From NCBI GenBank assembly GCA_038046725.1, contig JBBSVQ010000040.1, forward strand, positions 9,526-73,525: a stretch of 64,000 nt of DNA. Direction: 5' to 3'. The stretch comes from Thermoplasmatota archaeon (GTDB lineage: Archaea > Thermoplasmatota > E2 > JACPAO01 > JAHFTW01). The position numbers and the translations under genes were made by a program. The notes under the pieces were generated by a model. The model saw only the letters and a list, made by a program, of their open reading frames with translations. It was not told where the DNA came from and searched no databases. Shown in pieces: positions 26,245-37,730 of this stretch (position 1 is the first letter of the stretch; each line of letters begins with the position of its first letter).

Positions 26245-27468
26245 TCAGTCGACGAGGTACGGGTTCTGGACGGTGCGCACGCCCTTGCCGTGCGCCTCGT
26301 CCCCGCCCTTCTGTTGCTGTTCGATGGACTCGAAGAGGGCCCGGAAGTTGCCTTCCCCGAAGCCCTGCTCGCCGTGGCGCTGGATGACCTCGTAGAAGAA
26401 CGGCCCCGCCGCGGCCTCATTGTACAGGAGTGCGGCTTCCTGCATGAAGATCTGCAGCAGGTAGCGGTGGTCGCGGCCATCGACGAGGATCTTGTTGCGC
26501 TGCAGCTCCTGGATGTCCTCCTTGAGGTTGTCCACGGCGCGCTCGGCGAGGCGCTTGGGCAGCATCGCGTAGTAGGCGTCGGGCGTCTCGAGGAACTTCA
26601 GGCCATCCTTGCGCATCTGCGGGATGACGTCCATGATGGCGCGCGTGGAGAACGCGATGTGCTGCACGCCTGCGCCGTTGTTGTCTTCGACGTACTTGGC
26701 GATCTGGCTGGCGTAGTAGTTCGGGCGCAGCGGCTCATTGGTGGCGAACTTGACGTTCGACTGCGGATCCCACATCACGATGGAGTTCAGGCCGGAGCCG
26801 CCGGCCATGCCGGGGTTCGCGTCGCGGGTGTGGAAGCGGATGTCCCAGAAGTGCTCGAAGCCCAGCACGTCGCGGTACCAGTTCGTCAGGCTGCGCATTT
26901 CGCGCGTGTTCGACGTGACGTGGTCCATGTGGGTGAATTTGTGGCGGTTGCCGCCGCTCATCGCGGACACGACGGGGGACAGGCGTGGGTCGAAGGCGCC
27001 TTGCGTCTTGTTGCCGGGCGATTCCTCGGCCACGAGGGGCCCGTCCTTCTCGAGGAAATGGTACTCGACGTCGCCGAGCGGGGACGCGATGGCGAACCAG
27101 CGGTATCCCGGCTTGCCCTCGACTTCGCCGAGGAAGTTCGCGCCGCGCGACTCCAGCACCTTGCGTGCGGCGTCCACGGAGTCCACGCGGAACGTAACGG
27201 CGCGGATGCCGTCCGGGTGCGCCTTGAGGAACTTGGCGGCGCGCGAATCCTTCTGCGTGGGCGTCGTGCATTGCACGCGGACACGGGCTGCGTCGAAGAC
27301 GACGGCCTTCTCGCCCGTCTCGCGTTCGTATTGCGGGCTTGACGCCGCCACTGCGGCGAAGTCCATGCGGTCGGCGTAGAAGCGCCGGCTGCGCTCGAGG
27401 TCGTTCACGACGAAGTCGACGTGGTCCAGGCCGCGGATGCCGAGGCCGGAGCCTTTGCCTTGCGCCAT
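26245..27468 (-). CDS. hppD: 4-hydroxyphenylpyruvate dioxygenase
   Basis: ORF track. VOC-fold repeats and the C-terminal signature FYEVIQRHGEQGFGEGNFRALFESIE. Confidence 0.93.
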   Translation of the reverse strand: MAQGKGSGLGIRGLDHVDFVVNDLERSRRFYADRMDFAAVAASSPQYERETGEKAVVFDAARVRVQCTTPTQKDSRAAKFLKAHPDGIRAVTFRVDSVDAARKVLESRGANFLGEVEGKPGYRWFAIASPLGDVEYHFLEKDGPLVAEESPGNKTQGAFDPRLSPVVSAMSGGNRHKFTHMDHVTSNTREMRSLTNWYRDVLGFEHFWDIRFHTRDANPGMAGGSGLNSIVMWDPQSNVKFATNEPLRPNYYASQIAKYVEDNNGAGVQHIAFSTRAIMDVIPQMRKDGLKFLETPDAYYAMLPKRLAERAVDNLKEDIQELQRNKILVDGRDHRYLLQIFMQEAALLYNEAAAGPFFYEVIQRHGEQGFGEGNFRALFESIEQQQKGGDEAHGKGVRTVQNPYLVD

Positions 27469-27554
27469 CGAACCCTTCCAGGAGGTGGACCACTTGACCG
27501 TTGCGGAGCGAGGCCTCTGCAGGCCAACGTGGCGCAGTCAGCTGAAGGCAACCT

Positions 27555-27636
27555 CCTCGGTGCCCTCGGTGGGCATCGGTGGATGGTTCAGACTCTTCAC
27601 TCGCCCATCCACCGATGGCACCGATGCCCACCGATG
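27555..27636. repeat. 9-nt-unit hairpin element, CACCGATG variant
   Basis: CCTCGGTGC-CCTCGGTGG-GCATCGGTGGATGG ... CCATCCACCGATG-GCACCGATG-CCCACCGATG. Confidence 0.8.
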
Positions 27637-27699
27637 TCCGGTCGCGCTGACTGGCTGGCCTCGGACCGACGATGGTTCGTTGGCTCCGACCGGACTCCG

Positions 27700-27706
27700 T
27701 TATATG
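27700..27706 (+). promoter_or_regulatory. TTATATG TATA-like box upstream of corA
   Basis: 25 nt upstream of ATG 27731. Confidence 0.4.
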
Positions 27707-27730
27707 CTCCATTCAGACATAGGCGCGGCC

Positions 27731-28690
27731 ATGCGGGTCCTGGCTTTCGAAGGGGGAGCGTGGCGCCAATCCGGCGACCTCGCCCCGGAAGCGGCCCGCG
27801 ACCTGGCCTGGGGCCCGACGCACGTCTGGATCCGCCTCGAGGGATTGGCGCAGTCGAAGCTCGAAGCCTTGGGCGCCGTCTTCGACCTGCACCCGCTGAC
27901 GCTCGAGGATGTGCGCAACCACCGCCAGCGCCCCAAGGTAGAGGACTACCCGAACTTGACCTTCGTGGTCGCCCGGGCGCCGCGCTGGAACACGGAGACC
28001 GAGGAGATGACGTGGCTCACCGTCGGCCTGTTCCTCGGCCCCGACTTCCTCATCACGTGCTGCACGGACCCCGTCGTCGAACTCGACCTCGTCGAGAAAC
28101 GCATTGCCACGACGAAGGCCAGCCCCAAGACGTCAACCATTGACCACGTGTTCTACCAAGTCCTGGACTCCATGGTGGACTCCTACTTCCCCCTCATGGA
28201 CGACCTCGAGGACCGCATCGAGGACCTTGAAGTCGGCGTCGTCGAGTCGCCCGAGCGCCACGAATTGGCGAAGATCATGGAACTCAAGCGCATCATCTCG
28301 CAGACGCGCAAGACGGTGTACCCCATGCGCGAGGCCATGGTGGTGCTGGAGAAGGGTGAGCACCCGAACATCCGCGAGGAGACCTGCATCTACCTGCGCG
28401 ACGTCGCCGACCACATGACGCGCCTCGTCGAACGCCTCGAGCACGTCAAGGAAGTCGCCGTCCTCACGCAAGAAACGTGGAACGCGACGACGCAGAACCA
28501 GACGAACCGCGTCGTCAAGCTGCTCACCGGGTACACCATCGTGCTCACGGTGCCCATGCTCATTGGCACGTTCTTCGGCATGAACCTGCCCCGCGGGTTC
28601 CCGGACTGGAACTTCTGGACCGTCGTCCTCGGCAGCGTGGGGCTCATGATTCCACTCTACCTGATGGCGCGCAAATTCGACTGGTTGTAG
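27731..28690 (+). CDS. corA: Magnesium/cobalt transporter CorA
   Basis: ORF 27437..28690 with internal ATG 27731. YGMN-type motif FFGMNLP before the last TM helix. TTATATG box 25 nt upstream. Confidence 0.9.
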   Translation: MRVLAFEGGAWRQSGDLAPEAARDLAWGPTHVWIRLEGLAQSKLEALGAVFDLHPLTLEDVRNHRQRPKVEDYPNLTFVVARAPRWNTETEEMTWLTVGLFLGPDFLITCCTDPVVELDLVEKRIATTKASPKTSTIDHVFYQVLDSMVDSYFPLMDDLEDRIEDLEVGVVESPERHELAKIMELKRIISQTRKTVYPMREAMVVLEKGEHPNIREETCIYLRDVADHMTRLVERLEHVKEVAVLTQETWNATTQNQTNRVVKLLTGYTIVLTVPMLIGTFFGMNLPRGFPDWNFWTVVLGSVGLMIPLYLMARKFDWL

Positions 28691-28700
28691 CAGGCCCACG

Positions 28701-28893
28701 GGCGCGCGTTCCTCCTCGCACCCGTTCAACGACTTCCGACGCCGACGCCGGCGACTTGCCCTAGAAACAGCGTTCGAAGCGCCGCGCGAAGCGCGGCGGG
28801 CGGCGCCCGGCGCCGCCAGGGATGGCTAGGACTTGCTGGCCGTTCCCGTCGGCGTCACGAGGAGGTTGACCCGTGGGGCGATGAACGGGCGCG
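28701..28893 (+). mobile_element. MITE-like repeat core, copy D
   Basis: Same termini and internal hairpins. Begins 11 nt after the corA stop. Confidence 0.65.
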
Positions 28894-29055
28894 GTCTGGA
28901 ATCTGCAAACTTGTTTGCGTCCTGCAGGCGACGTGGGTTGGCCGCCGGCTCGCGAAGCGGCCGGCGCCGATCCGGGTTCTCCCGGGGGCCGAGCGAAGCG
29001 AGCGCCCCCGCTAGGCAATCTGCGGAATCCGGGCTTCAATCCGTGAATCGCGCCT

Positions 29056-29439
29056 TCAGGCGCTGAACGACTTGCCGCAACCGCAGCCGCCGGTGGCGTT
29101 GGGGTTGCCGATCTTGAAGCCGCCGCCCATGAGCTCGTCGACGAAGTCGATGGAGATGCCGTTGAGCATGCTGGCGTGCATCGGGTGCACGAAGAGCTTG
29201 ACGCCGTTGGCGTTCAGGGTGACTTCGCCGGACTCGGGGGTCTCGGCGAATTCCATGCCGTAGCTGGCGCCGGAGCAGCCGCCGGCCTGGACCGAGATGC
29301 GGACGCCGACGGCGGACAGGGGCTTGTCGCCGAGGAATTCCTGCAGCTTGCGGCGGGCGATGTCCGTGACGGACATGGTGAGGGTGGATTCGATCTTGAC
29401 GGACCCCTCAGGGGCGCCGGTCGTCTGGGCCTGGCTCAT
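29056..29439 (-). CDS. Iron-sulfur cluster assembly A-type carrier (IscA/HesB)
   Basis: C-terminal 127 aa of ORF 29056..29538. GGCSG ... CGCGKSF motifs. CTTAAG box 25 nt upstream of ATG 29439. Confidence 0.88.
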   Translation of the reverse strand: MSQAQTTGAPEGSVKIESTLTMSVTDIARRKLQEFLGDKPLSAVGVRISVQAGGCSGASYGMEFAETPESGEVTLNANGVKLFVHPMHASMLNGISIDFVDELMGGGFKIGNPNATGGCGCGKSFSA

Positions 29440-29463
29440 GCGTCCCCCTGTGCCGTCCACGCC

Positions 29464-29469
29464 CTTAAG
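29464..29469 (-). promoter_or_regulatory. CTTAAG TATA-like box upstream of the IscA-like gene
   Basis: 25 nt upstream of ATG 29439. Confidence 0.35.
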
Positions 29470-29564
29470 CGTGGCGATGGTGGCGAATGGACTCAACCTC
29501 CACGTGGCGGGCAAGTCACCCCCGAGGGCAGGCTTCATCCGCCCGGATGGGCAAACTGGCAGTC

Positions 29565-29816
29565 ATGAATGAGCACAGCAACAAGCTCGTCGGCAAATCG
29601 AAGCAGGCCGTCGGCGCGGCCCTTGGCAACGAAGACCTCGTGCGTGAAGGCAAGATTCAGGAAGGCACCGGCGAGATCCAAGGCGGCGTGAAAGAGGCTG
29701 GCAAGAAGGTCCAGGATGCCCTTGGAAAGATGGGCGACAAACTGGCCGCCAAGCGCCGGCAGCGCGCTGGGCAGCGCCCCGAGCGAGCCCGCCGCGACCT
29801 CGACCGCGAGTACTGA
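29565..29816 (+). CDS. CsbD-like stress protein
   Basis: Internal ATG of ORF 29487..29816. KLVGKSKQAVGAALGNEDLVREGKIQEGTGEIQ matches the CsbD repeat. Confidence 0.75.
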   Translation: MNEHSNKLVGKSKQAVGAALGNEDLVREGKIQEGTGEIQGGVKEAGKKVQDALGKMGDKLAAKRRQRAGQRPERARRDLDREY

Positions 29817-29856
29817 ACCAAGAAATTGGGCTTTTGAGCGACACGCGAGGACTTCT

Positions 29857-29937
29857 TCATCGGTGGGCATCGGTGACATCGGTGGATGGGCCTGGCATGG
29901 GTCTGACCATCCACCGATGACACCGATGTCACCGATG
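29857..29937. repeat. 9-nt-unit hairpin element, CACCGATG variant
   Basis: TCATCGGTGG-GCATCGGTG-ACATCGGTGGATGG ... CCATCCACCGATG-ACACCGATG-TCACCGATG. Confidence 0.85.
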
Positions 29938-29963
29938 TGGCACTTGGTCCCGCCTAGGCCACT

Positions 29964-30929
29964 TCAGTGACCTTGCGTGAGCTTCGCCACGATGGCCTTG
30001 AAGGCCTGGGATGTGGGGGTCTCCCCGGCGGCCAGGGAGAACGGCTTGCCTTCGTCGCCGCCGTGCATGATGTTGATGTCGAGCGGCACCGCGCCGAGGA
30101 AGGGCACGTTGAGCTTCTCCGCCATGGCCCTGCCGCCGCCGCGCTTGAAGACGTCCACGACGACGGTGAAGTCGCCTTTGTCGTCCGCGGTGGCGACGAT
30201 GGCCTCGTGGCCCGTGTCCAGGGTGACGGGGGCCCGCGGCGTGGTCTTGCCGCGCAGCGTCATGCCGGACATGTTCTCGATGACGCCGACGATGGGCAAT
30301 TGCAGCTTCTCGACGAAGTGGGCCGACTTGCGCACGTCGCCCACGGCGACCTCCTGCGGCGTCGTGACCAGGATGACGCCGTCGGCGTCCGGGATGTTCT
30401 GCGCCACCGAAAGGGGTTCGTCCGAGGTGCCCGGGGGCAGGTCGATGACGAGGTAGTCCAGGTCGCCCCAGGCCACGTCGCCGAGGAACTGGCCAATGAT
30501 CTGCATCTTGATGGGGCCGCGCCAGATGACCGCCTGGTCCGGGTCGGAGAGGAGGAACTGCATGCTGATGCAGGCCAGGTTCGGCGTGACTTGCACGGGC
30601 ACGAGGCCGTCGGGGCCCTCAATCATGACGCCGGCCTTGACGCCGAGCATGAGGGGCACGTTGGGGCCGGTGAGGTCCATGTCGAGGATGCCCACCTTGT
30701 GGCCCGCCGCCGCCAGCGTCGCGGCGAGGTTCGTGGCCACCGTGGACTTGCCCACGCCGCCCTTGCCGGAGGCGACGATGAGCTTGTGCTTGATGCGCTT
30801 CATGTTCTGGATGATGCGCAGGCGACGCTTGAGACGCTCAGCGGCCCTCGGGTCGGCGGGGCCGCCCATGCCCTCGCCCATGGGGGCACCGGGGCCGGCG
30901 AGGGGGAGGGGTTTCGGGACGTCGCTCAT
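29964..30929 (-). CDS. Mrp/NBP35 (ApbC) Fe-S cluster carrier ATPase
   Basis: ORF 29964..30992 with internal ATG 30929. Deviant Walker A SGKGGVGKST. Codons upstream of 30929 are repeat-derived. CTTTTTC box 24 nt upstream. Confidence 0.9.
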   Translation of the reverse strand: MSDVPKPLPLAGPGAPMGEGMGGPADPRAAERLKRRLRIIQNMKRIKHKLIVASGKGGVGKSTVATNLAATLAAAGHKVGILDMDLTGPNVPLMLGVKAGVMIEGPDGLVPVQVTPNLACISMQFLLSDPDQAVIWRGPIKMQIIGQFLGDVAWGDLDYLVIDLPPGTSDEPLSVAQNIPDADGVILVTTPQEVAVGDVRKSAHFVEKLQLPIVGVIENMSGMTLRGKTTPRAPVTLDTGHEAIVATADDKGDFTVVVDVFKRGGGRAMAEKLNVPFLGAVPLDINIMHGGDEGKPFSLAAGETPTSQAFKAIVAKLTQGH

Positions 30930-30952
30930 GTGGCTGCCCACAGGAGGCGTCG

Positions 30953-30959
30953 GAAAAAG
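30953..30959 (-). promoter_or_regulatory. CTTTTTC T-rich box upstream of the Mrp/NBP35 gene
   Basis: 24 nt upstream of ATG 30929. Confidence 0.3.
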
Positions 30960-31106
30960 GTTGGGTCCGACCTTCAAACGAAGGTCGATCACGTTCGGCT
31001 GGCGCGGAGGGGCTTCGCTGCGGTCCGCCCCTCGATTCCAGGCGGAAGGCCCCTTCGCGCTTCGGCGCGGGGGCCGATTCCGGGGGCCTCCCTGACACGC
31101 TCAGCA

Positions 31107-31283
31107 GCGCCCGTTCCTGGCCCTACAAGTCAACCTCCTTGTGGCGCCGACTCCGACGACGAGGTCAAGCCGCTGAAGGCATGTCTTGGCGGCGCGGGGC
31201 GCCGCCTCGACGCATGATGCCTGGGCAAGTCGCCGCCGTCGGCGTCGGAAGGCGTTGGGTGGTCCCGAGGAGGAACGCGCGCC
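31107..31283 (-). mobile_element. MITE-like repeat core, copy E
   Basis: Reverse orientation. Ends GGAACGCGCGCC. Part of a composite spanning about 30968-31337. Confidence 0.6.
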
Positions 31284-31360
31284 GTCACGTCTTGCGCACG
31301 GAGCCCGGGCATCTGCGGGACTCTGCGAAATCCGTGGCTCGTCGGGGGTTGGGTCGCGCT

Positions 31361-32203
31361 CTAGAACTGTGCCAGGCTTTCGTACCGCGCAATCCACAGC
31401 AAATCGTAGCCATGCAGGAACGCCGCCGTGAGGATGAAGAGAAGGTGTGCCCCGGCGGCGGCGATGCAGCGGTCACGCGCTGGCGTGCGCGGCTGATGCA
31501 GGAGGCGCCTGGCAAGGGCGACTTGCGCGGACAGGGCCATGAAGAGCACGACGGGGGGCAACAAGGCGAATGCCAGGGCAGCCACGCCGCGGCTGCCAGC
31601 GGCCAGGCTCCACAGTTGCGGGGGCCATTGCAGGAGGCTGAAGGGGGCCCAGAACGGCTCGAGCAGGAGCGCCCAGACGACGAGCATGGCGGCCACGCCG
31701 ACGAGCAGGGTGTCGCGGCGACGCAGCTTCGGGTCGCCTTCGTGCAAATCGGATTGGCGCGGCCAAACGGCCCCGTGGCGGCCGGCGCGCAGGTACAGGA
31801 TGGGCACGAGCAGGACGACGAAGAGGAACACGGTGGCGAGGCGCACGACCCACTGCTGCGGCACGAGGCCGACGAGGGGGTTGAGGTGCGGGATGCCGTA
31901 GGCCCCTAGGAAGAGGCGCGGCAGGAGCAGGACGACGGCCACGGCAAGCCAGGGGATGCGGGCGAGAATGTGGCGCCATTCGCCAGCCTCGGCGAGGGTC
32001 AGGGCTCGTTCCTGCGCGGCAAGGCCTTCGCGCGGCAGCGTGCACAGCCCCGTGACGAGCAAGGTGAGGGCGGGGATGGTGAATAGCCAGCGGGGGAACG
32101 TGGCCGGAAGGGCTGGCTCCAGCATGGCGGCCACGAGCAGGAGGGCGGTGCCGAGCAGGAGGCCACGGGTCCCCTCGATGGCGTCGGGGATGCCGGCCCT
32201 CAC
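31361..32203 (-). CDS. Polytopic membrane protein, function unknown
   Basis: C-terminal part of ORF 31361..32380. GTG 32203 overlaps the stop of the upstream gene (GTGA). About 8 hydrophobic segments. Confidence 0.6.
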   Translation of the reverse strand: MRAGIPDAIEGTRGLLLGTALLLVAAMLEPALPATFPRWLFTIPALTLLVTGLCTLPREGLAAQERALTLAEAGEWRHILARIPWLAVAVVLLLPRLFLGAYGIPHLNPLVGLVPQQWVVRLATVFLFVVLLVPILYLRAGRHGAVWPRQSDLHEGDPKLRRRDTLLVGVAAMLVVWALLLEPFWAPFSLLQWPPQLWSLAAGSRGVAALAFALLPPVVLFMALSAQVALARRLLHQPRTPARDRCIAAAGAHLLFILTAAFLHGYDLLWIARYESLAQF

Positions 32204-33864
32204 GGGATCCTCCCGTACAGCGCCTCGAGGTCGTCGGATCCTGCGCTGCGCAGGCCGGCCTGCCACCACAGGGGATCCGTGAAGGGGTACCGGAAGTCGT
32301 GCTGCAATAGAGGGCGGGCGGACGTGCCGAGGTCGCGCGTGTAGCGCGTGGTCGGCCCCCACTTGTAGCCGGCGTGCCACGCTTGGTCGCCGAGGAATTC
32401 CAACGAGTAGTTGCCCGGGTCCAAGACCATGCCCTTGCCGTCGAAACGGTCGAAGATGGAGGTGATCGAGGAACGCAGGCGGCGATCGTCGCCGGGGGAG
32501 GGATAGGTGGCGTGGCTTCCGCGGGCGATGTACACGTTGAAGCCACCGTCCAAAGGCGCAGCCCCCGGCTGCGGATCATCCAGGCGCAGGCCTTCGTAGT
32601 GCTGGCTGAATGCGATGGCCGCGGGCGTCCCGTTGCTTGCCGCCTCCCAGCCATCGAAGGTCATCTGCAGGAATTCGCGGTCGCCCTTGTGCTGCAGTTT
32701 CTCGATGTCGGCGCCGGAGTCGTCGAGGACGAAGTTGTAGAAGTACAGGAACCAGAATTGCACCACGACCTGGTCGTCCGTCGTCACGCCGACTTGGGCG
32801 TAGACCGTGGGCGCCGTGGGGTCGTTGGGCACGCAGGGATTCCCCGAAACCAATCCGCACACCAGGGCGTCGGAGAGTTGCTTGGCGTCGCTGTGGCCCG
32901 TGCGGCCGTCGCCATCGAAGTCGGCAAGGAAGAGCCGGTATCCGTCGCGGCCCGCGTTGAAGTCGAAGCTCCAGGTGCGCAAGTCCACGTCGTCCGGTCC
33001 GCGGCGCGTGAAGCCATGGAAACTTTCGAGCAAGTCGCCGCGCACCGGGACGAATGCCTCCTCGGAGTCGAGGAGCAGCGTAGGCGCCCACCTTGCCGCG
33101 ATGGCTTCGAGCGTGGCCCGCGGCGGCCCTGCGGAGGCTTTGACCTGGACGGCGAGGCGCGAGTCCCCCTCCTCGAGAGTCAGATTGGCGGGCAGGGGAC
33201 TCCAGGGCTCCTCGCCCACGCGGGCGAGGCCGAGGTCCAAGTCGACGGCGATGGCCCAGGTCCCGCGAAGCGTGTGCGGGTCGTCGGAGCTGTCGCGCAA
33301 TTCGACGTCCAGGGTGACCAGCGCCCGGTCGTCGCGCACGTTGGCCCACATCGTCTGCGGCCAATGCGCCCCGGACACGCCTGCCGCGCCCAGCGAGCCG
33401 GTTTCGGCGATGGCGATGTCGAGGCCATCCCCTGGCCGGCTCATCCACCACGCGCCGGTGCGCAGGACGTCGCGCTGCCAAGCGGGGCTTCCGGCCTTGC
33501 GGCCGAGCGAATCCGGGTCCACGACGTGCGTCCACTCCAGTTCCGCGCCGGCCCCGTTGCGCCACTGGTCGTCCTCGGTCCCGAGCAGGACGTACGGTTC
33601 GGCATTCCGGCCTGGCACCTCCAGTTCGAGGAGGCGGACACCGACTTGCAAGTCGCCGTCGGCGCGGTCGACTGCATCGGAGTAGGAGTCGCGGTCAGCG
33701 TCCTCGCCAGGACCTGGAAGGGGAATCGCGGTTGCCGCCAAGACCGAACCATGCTCGCCGGCCACGCTTGTGACCGGCATGGCCATCGAGAGAGCCCCCG
33801 CGACGACGGTCAGCGCCAGGAACGCTCCCACGGTGGGACTGTGGAAGTGCAGCCACTCGCGCAC
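32200..33864 (-). CDS. Secreted protein with Vps62/DUF946-like C-terminal domain
   Basis: ORF track. N-terminal signal/anchor helix. VVVQFWFLYFYNFV...HKGDREFLQMTF resembles the YWxFYxxN...GDWE core of Vps62-family domains. Confidence 0.6.
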   Translation of the reverse strand: MREWLHFHSPTVGAFLALTVVAGALSMAMPVTSVAGEHGSVLAATAIPLPGPGEDADRDSYSDAVDRADGDLQVGVRLLELEVPGRNAEPYVLLGTEDDQWRNGAGAELEWTHVVDPDSLGRKAGSPAWQRDVLRTGAWWMSRPGDGLDIAIAETGSLGAAGVSGAHWPQTMWANVRDDRALVTLDVELRDSSDDPHTLRGTWAIAVDLDLGLARVGEEPWSPLPANLTLEEGDSRLAVQVKASAGPPRATLEAIAARWAPTLLLDSEEAFVPVRGDLLESFHGFTRRGPDDVDLRTWSFDFNAGRDGYRLFLADFDGDGRTGHSDAKQLSDALVCGLVSGNPCVPNDPTAPTVYAQVGVTTDDQVVVQFWFLYFYNFVLDDSGADIEKLQHKGDREFLQMTFDGWEAASNGTPAAIAFSQHYEGLRLDDPQPGAAPLDGGFNVYIARGSHATYPSPGDDRRLRSSITSIFDRFDGKGMVLDPGNYSLEFLGDQAWHAGYKWGPTTRYTRDLGTSARPLLQHDFRYPFTDPLWWQAGLRSAGSDDLEALYGRIP

Positions 33865-33944
33865 GGGCCCGCGAGCACGCGGGGCCGTGATGAGGTTGGT
33901 GGGTGGAGTCCTCGCTCAGTTTGGCTCCGAATTGTAGGGTCCAG

Positions 33945-35054
33945 TTAATCCTGCAACTGCAGCCAGGCCCGGATGCCGCCGTGCAGGTTCACGGCCTCGA
34001 CGCCGTTGCGGCGCAGGAACTCGGTCGCCCGGGCGCTGCGGCCGCCGACGGCGCAGTACACGACGACTTGCCGGTCCTTGGGGACCTCGGCAACGCGGCG
34101 CTGGAGGGAGCCGAGGGGAATCAGGTGAGAGCCAGGGATGGCCTGCTCCTCGTGCTCGTCGGGCTCGCGCACGTCGAGCAGGAAGACTTCGCTTTCGTGG
34201 CCGGTGAGGGCCTGGGCCAGGACGACGGGGACCTCGGGGGCGGCCCACGGCAGGGGGCAGGCCACGGGGGTTCCTTCGGCGGGGAGGTCGTACGTGGGCT
34301 TCTCCATGGTGCATTCGCACCCGGCCCGCTTCTTCAGGGTGATGGTGCGCGCAAGCCCAGACCGAGCATCGACGAGGTGCAGCGAGCCAGCGAGGCTGGA
34401 GCCAAGGCCGGCGAGGAGTTTGATGGCCTCCTGCGCCTGCAGGGCCCCGAGTTGGCCGACGAGTGGGCCGAGGACGCCGACGTCGGAGCACGATGCCCCA
34501 GGTGCGGGGTTTGGGAAGGCGCAGAAGTAGCAGGGGGTGCGCGGCGGGTCGAAGACGGCGACGATGCCTTCCCAGCCGGCAGCGGCGCCGTGCACGAGGG
34601 GGATGCCGGCCTGGGCGCAGGCGCGGGCGAGGGCAAGTTTGGCTCCCAGGTCATCGGTGCAGTCGAGGACGACGTCATGCCCCGCGACGAGTTCGGCGGC
34701 GTTGCGAGCGTCGAGGGCGACGGGCTTGACGTCGATGTCCAGGCTGGCGTCCAGGGCGAGCAGGCGTCGGCGAGCAACTTCGGCCTTGGGCTTGTCCACG
34801 TCAGCGGACGTGAAGAGGATCTGGCGGTGCAGGTTTGATGGCGCGATGAGGTCGGGGTCGACGAGTGTGAGGTGGCCGACGCCGGCGCCGGCGAGGTACA
34901 TGGCCGCGGGGCAACCGAGGCCACCGACGCCGACGACGAGGACGCGACCCTCACGGATGCGGGCCTGGCCGCTGACGCCGATGCCGTCGAGGCGAGTCTG
35001 GCGGTCATGCCGGTCCACGACGTGCCCACTCGGCGACTTGCCTTGAAGGTTCAT
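33945..35054 (-). CDS. MoeB/ThiF/UbaA-type E1-like adenylyltransferase with C-terminal rhodanese domain
   Basis: C-terminal 369 aa of ORF 33945..35576, from ATG 35054. VVGVGGLGCPAAMYLAGAGVG nucleotide loop, CxxC pairs, rhodanese CAVGGRS. Confidence 0.88.
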   Translation of the reverse strand: MNLQGKSPSGHVVDRHDRQTRLDGIGVSGQARIREGRVLVVGVGGLGCPAAMYLAGAGVGHLTLVDPDLIAPSNLHRQILFTSADVDKPKAEVARRRLLALDASLDIDVKPVALDARNAAELVAGHDVVLDCTDDLGAKLALARACAQAGIPLVHGAAAGWEGIVAVFDPPRTPCYFCAFPNPAPGASCSDVGVLGPLVGQLGALQAQEAIKLLAGLGSSLAGSLHLVDARSGLARTITLKKRAGCECTMEKPTYDLPAEGTPVACPLPWAAPEVPVVLAQALTGHESEVFLLDVREPDEHEEQAIPGSHLIPLGSLQRRVAEVPKDRQVVVYCAVGGRSARATEFLRRNGVEAVNLHGGIRAWLQLQD

Positions 35055-35072
35055 GTGGGCGCCCGCAAACCA

Positions 35073-35154
35073 CATCGGTGACATCGGTGTCATCGGTGGA
35101 TGGTCTGGCGCGTTGGCGGGCCCATCCACCGATGCGCACCGATACCCACCGATG
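35073..35154. repeat. 9-nt-unit hairpin element, CACCGATG variant
   Basis: CATCGGTG-ACATCGGTG-TCATCGGTGGATGG ... CCATCCACCGATG-CGCACCGAT-ACCCACCGATG. Lies between the ABC-F stop and the moeB-like start. Confidence 0.85.
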
Positions 35155-35170
35155 ACGTTGTTCGGTCTGC

Positions 35171-36970
<1,800 letters not shown>

Positions 36971-37166
36971 GGGCAGGTTTGCCGACACGGGTCCCCTAGA
37001 TGGGCGTGCCGACGCGGGCCTGCGCCCAGCCGCAGGCCTCCGAGGAACCCGGGGAAACAGGGAAACCGAATTGGCCAGTTTCCTCGGGTTCCCCGCGTTT
37101 GCCCGGAGACTCGCCGGCACGCGGGCGGCGGGTTCAAGGGCTCGGAGCGCTGATGCTCTCCAAGCC

Positions 37167-37622
37167 ATGATGCGCGTCCCCGTGAAGCTGGGTCCGAGCA
37201 AGATTCACGGCCTGGGCCTGCACGCAGCGGAGCCCATTCCGGCGGGCACCGTCGTCTGGGACTACGACCCGCCCATCGACCAGATCATCCCCGTGACGCA
37301 GCTGCCGAATCTGGCGCCACACGTGCGGAAATACATCGCCGTGTACGGGTACCGCGAAGACGACCAAATCGTCTTGTGCGGCGACGATGCGCGTTACTTC
37401 AACCACTCCAAGGCGCCCAACTGCAAGAGCGGGCACGGAACCCAGACCGTCGCCATCCGTACCATCGCCGTCGGCGAGGAACTCACGGACGATTACGAGG
37501 GCTTCGACGACGACTTCCCACTGTACGGGCACCTGCTGAAGACGAGCACGGTCCCGGATGCGCGGCGGGCGGCGGCGAAGGAGCGCAAGGTCAAGGACGC
37601 CAAGACGGGCAAGAAGCGCTAG
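37167..37622 (+). CDS. SET-domain protein (putative lysine methyltransferase)
   Basis: Internal ATG of ORF 36939..37622. GLGLHAAEPIPAG, NHSKAPNC and ELTDDY motifs. Confidence 0.8.
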   Translation: MMRVPVKLGPSKIHGLGLHAAEPIPAGTVVWDYDPPIDQIIPVTQLPNLAPHVRKYIAVYGYREDDQIVLCGDDARYFNHSKAPNCKSGHGTQTVAIRTIAVGEELTDDYEGFDDDFPLYGHLLKTSTVPDARRAAAKERKVKDAKTGKKR

Positions 37623-37638
37623 CACCGGCACGAAACAA

Positions 37639-37717
37639 CATCGGCGTCGTCGGCGACATCGGCGGATGGTTGGCCCATTGGGTGACCAATCCGCCGATGG
37701 CGCCGAACGCGCCGATG
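37639..37717. repeat. 9-nt-unit hairpin element, CGCCGATG variant
   Basis: CATCGGCG-TCGTCGGCG-ACATCGGCGGATGG ... CCAATCCGCCGATG-GCGCCGAAC-GCGCCGATG. Confidence 0.8.
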
Positions 37718-37730
37718 TGGGTTCCTGGCG

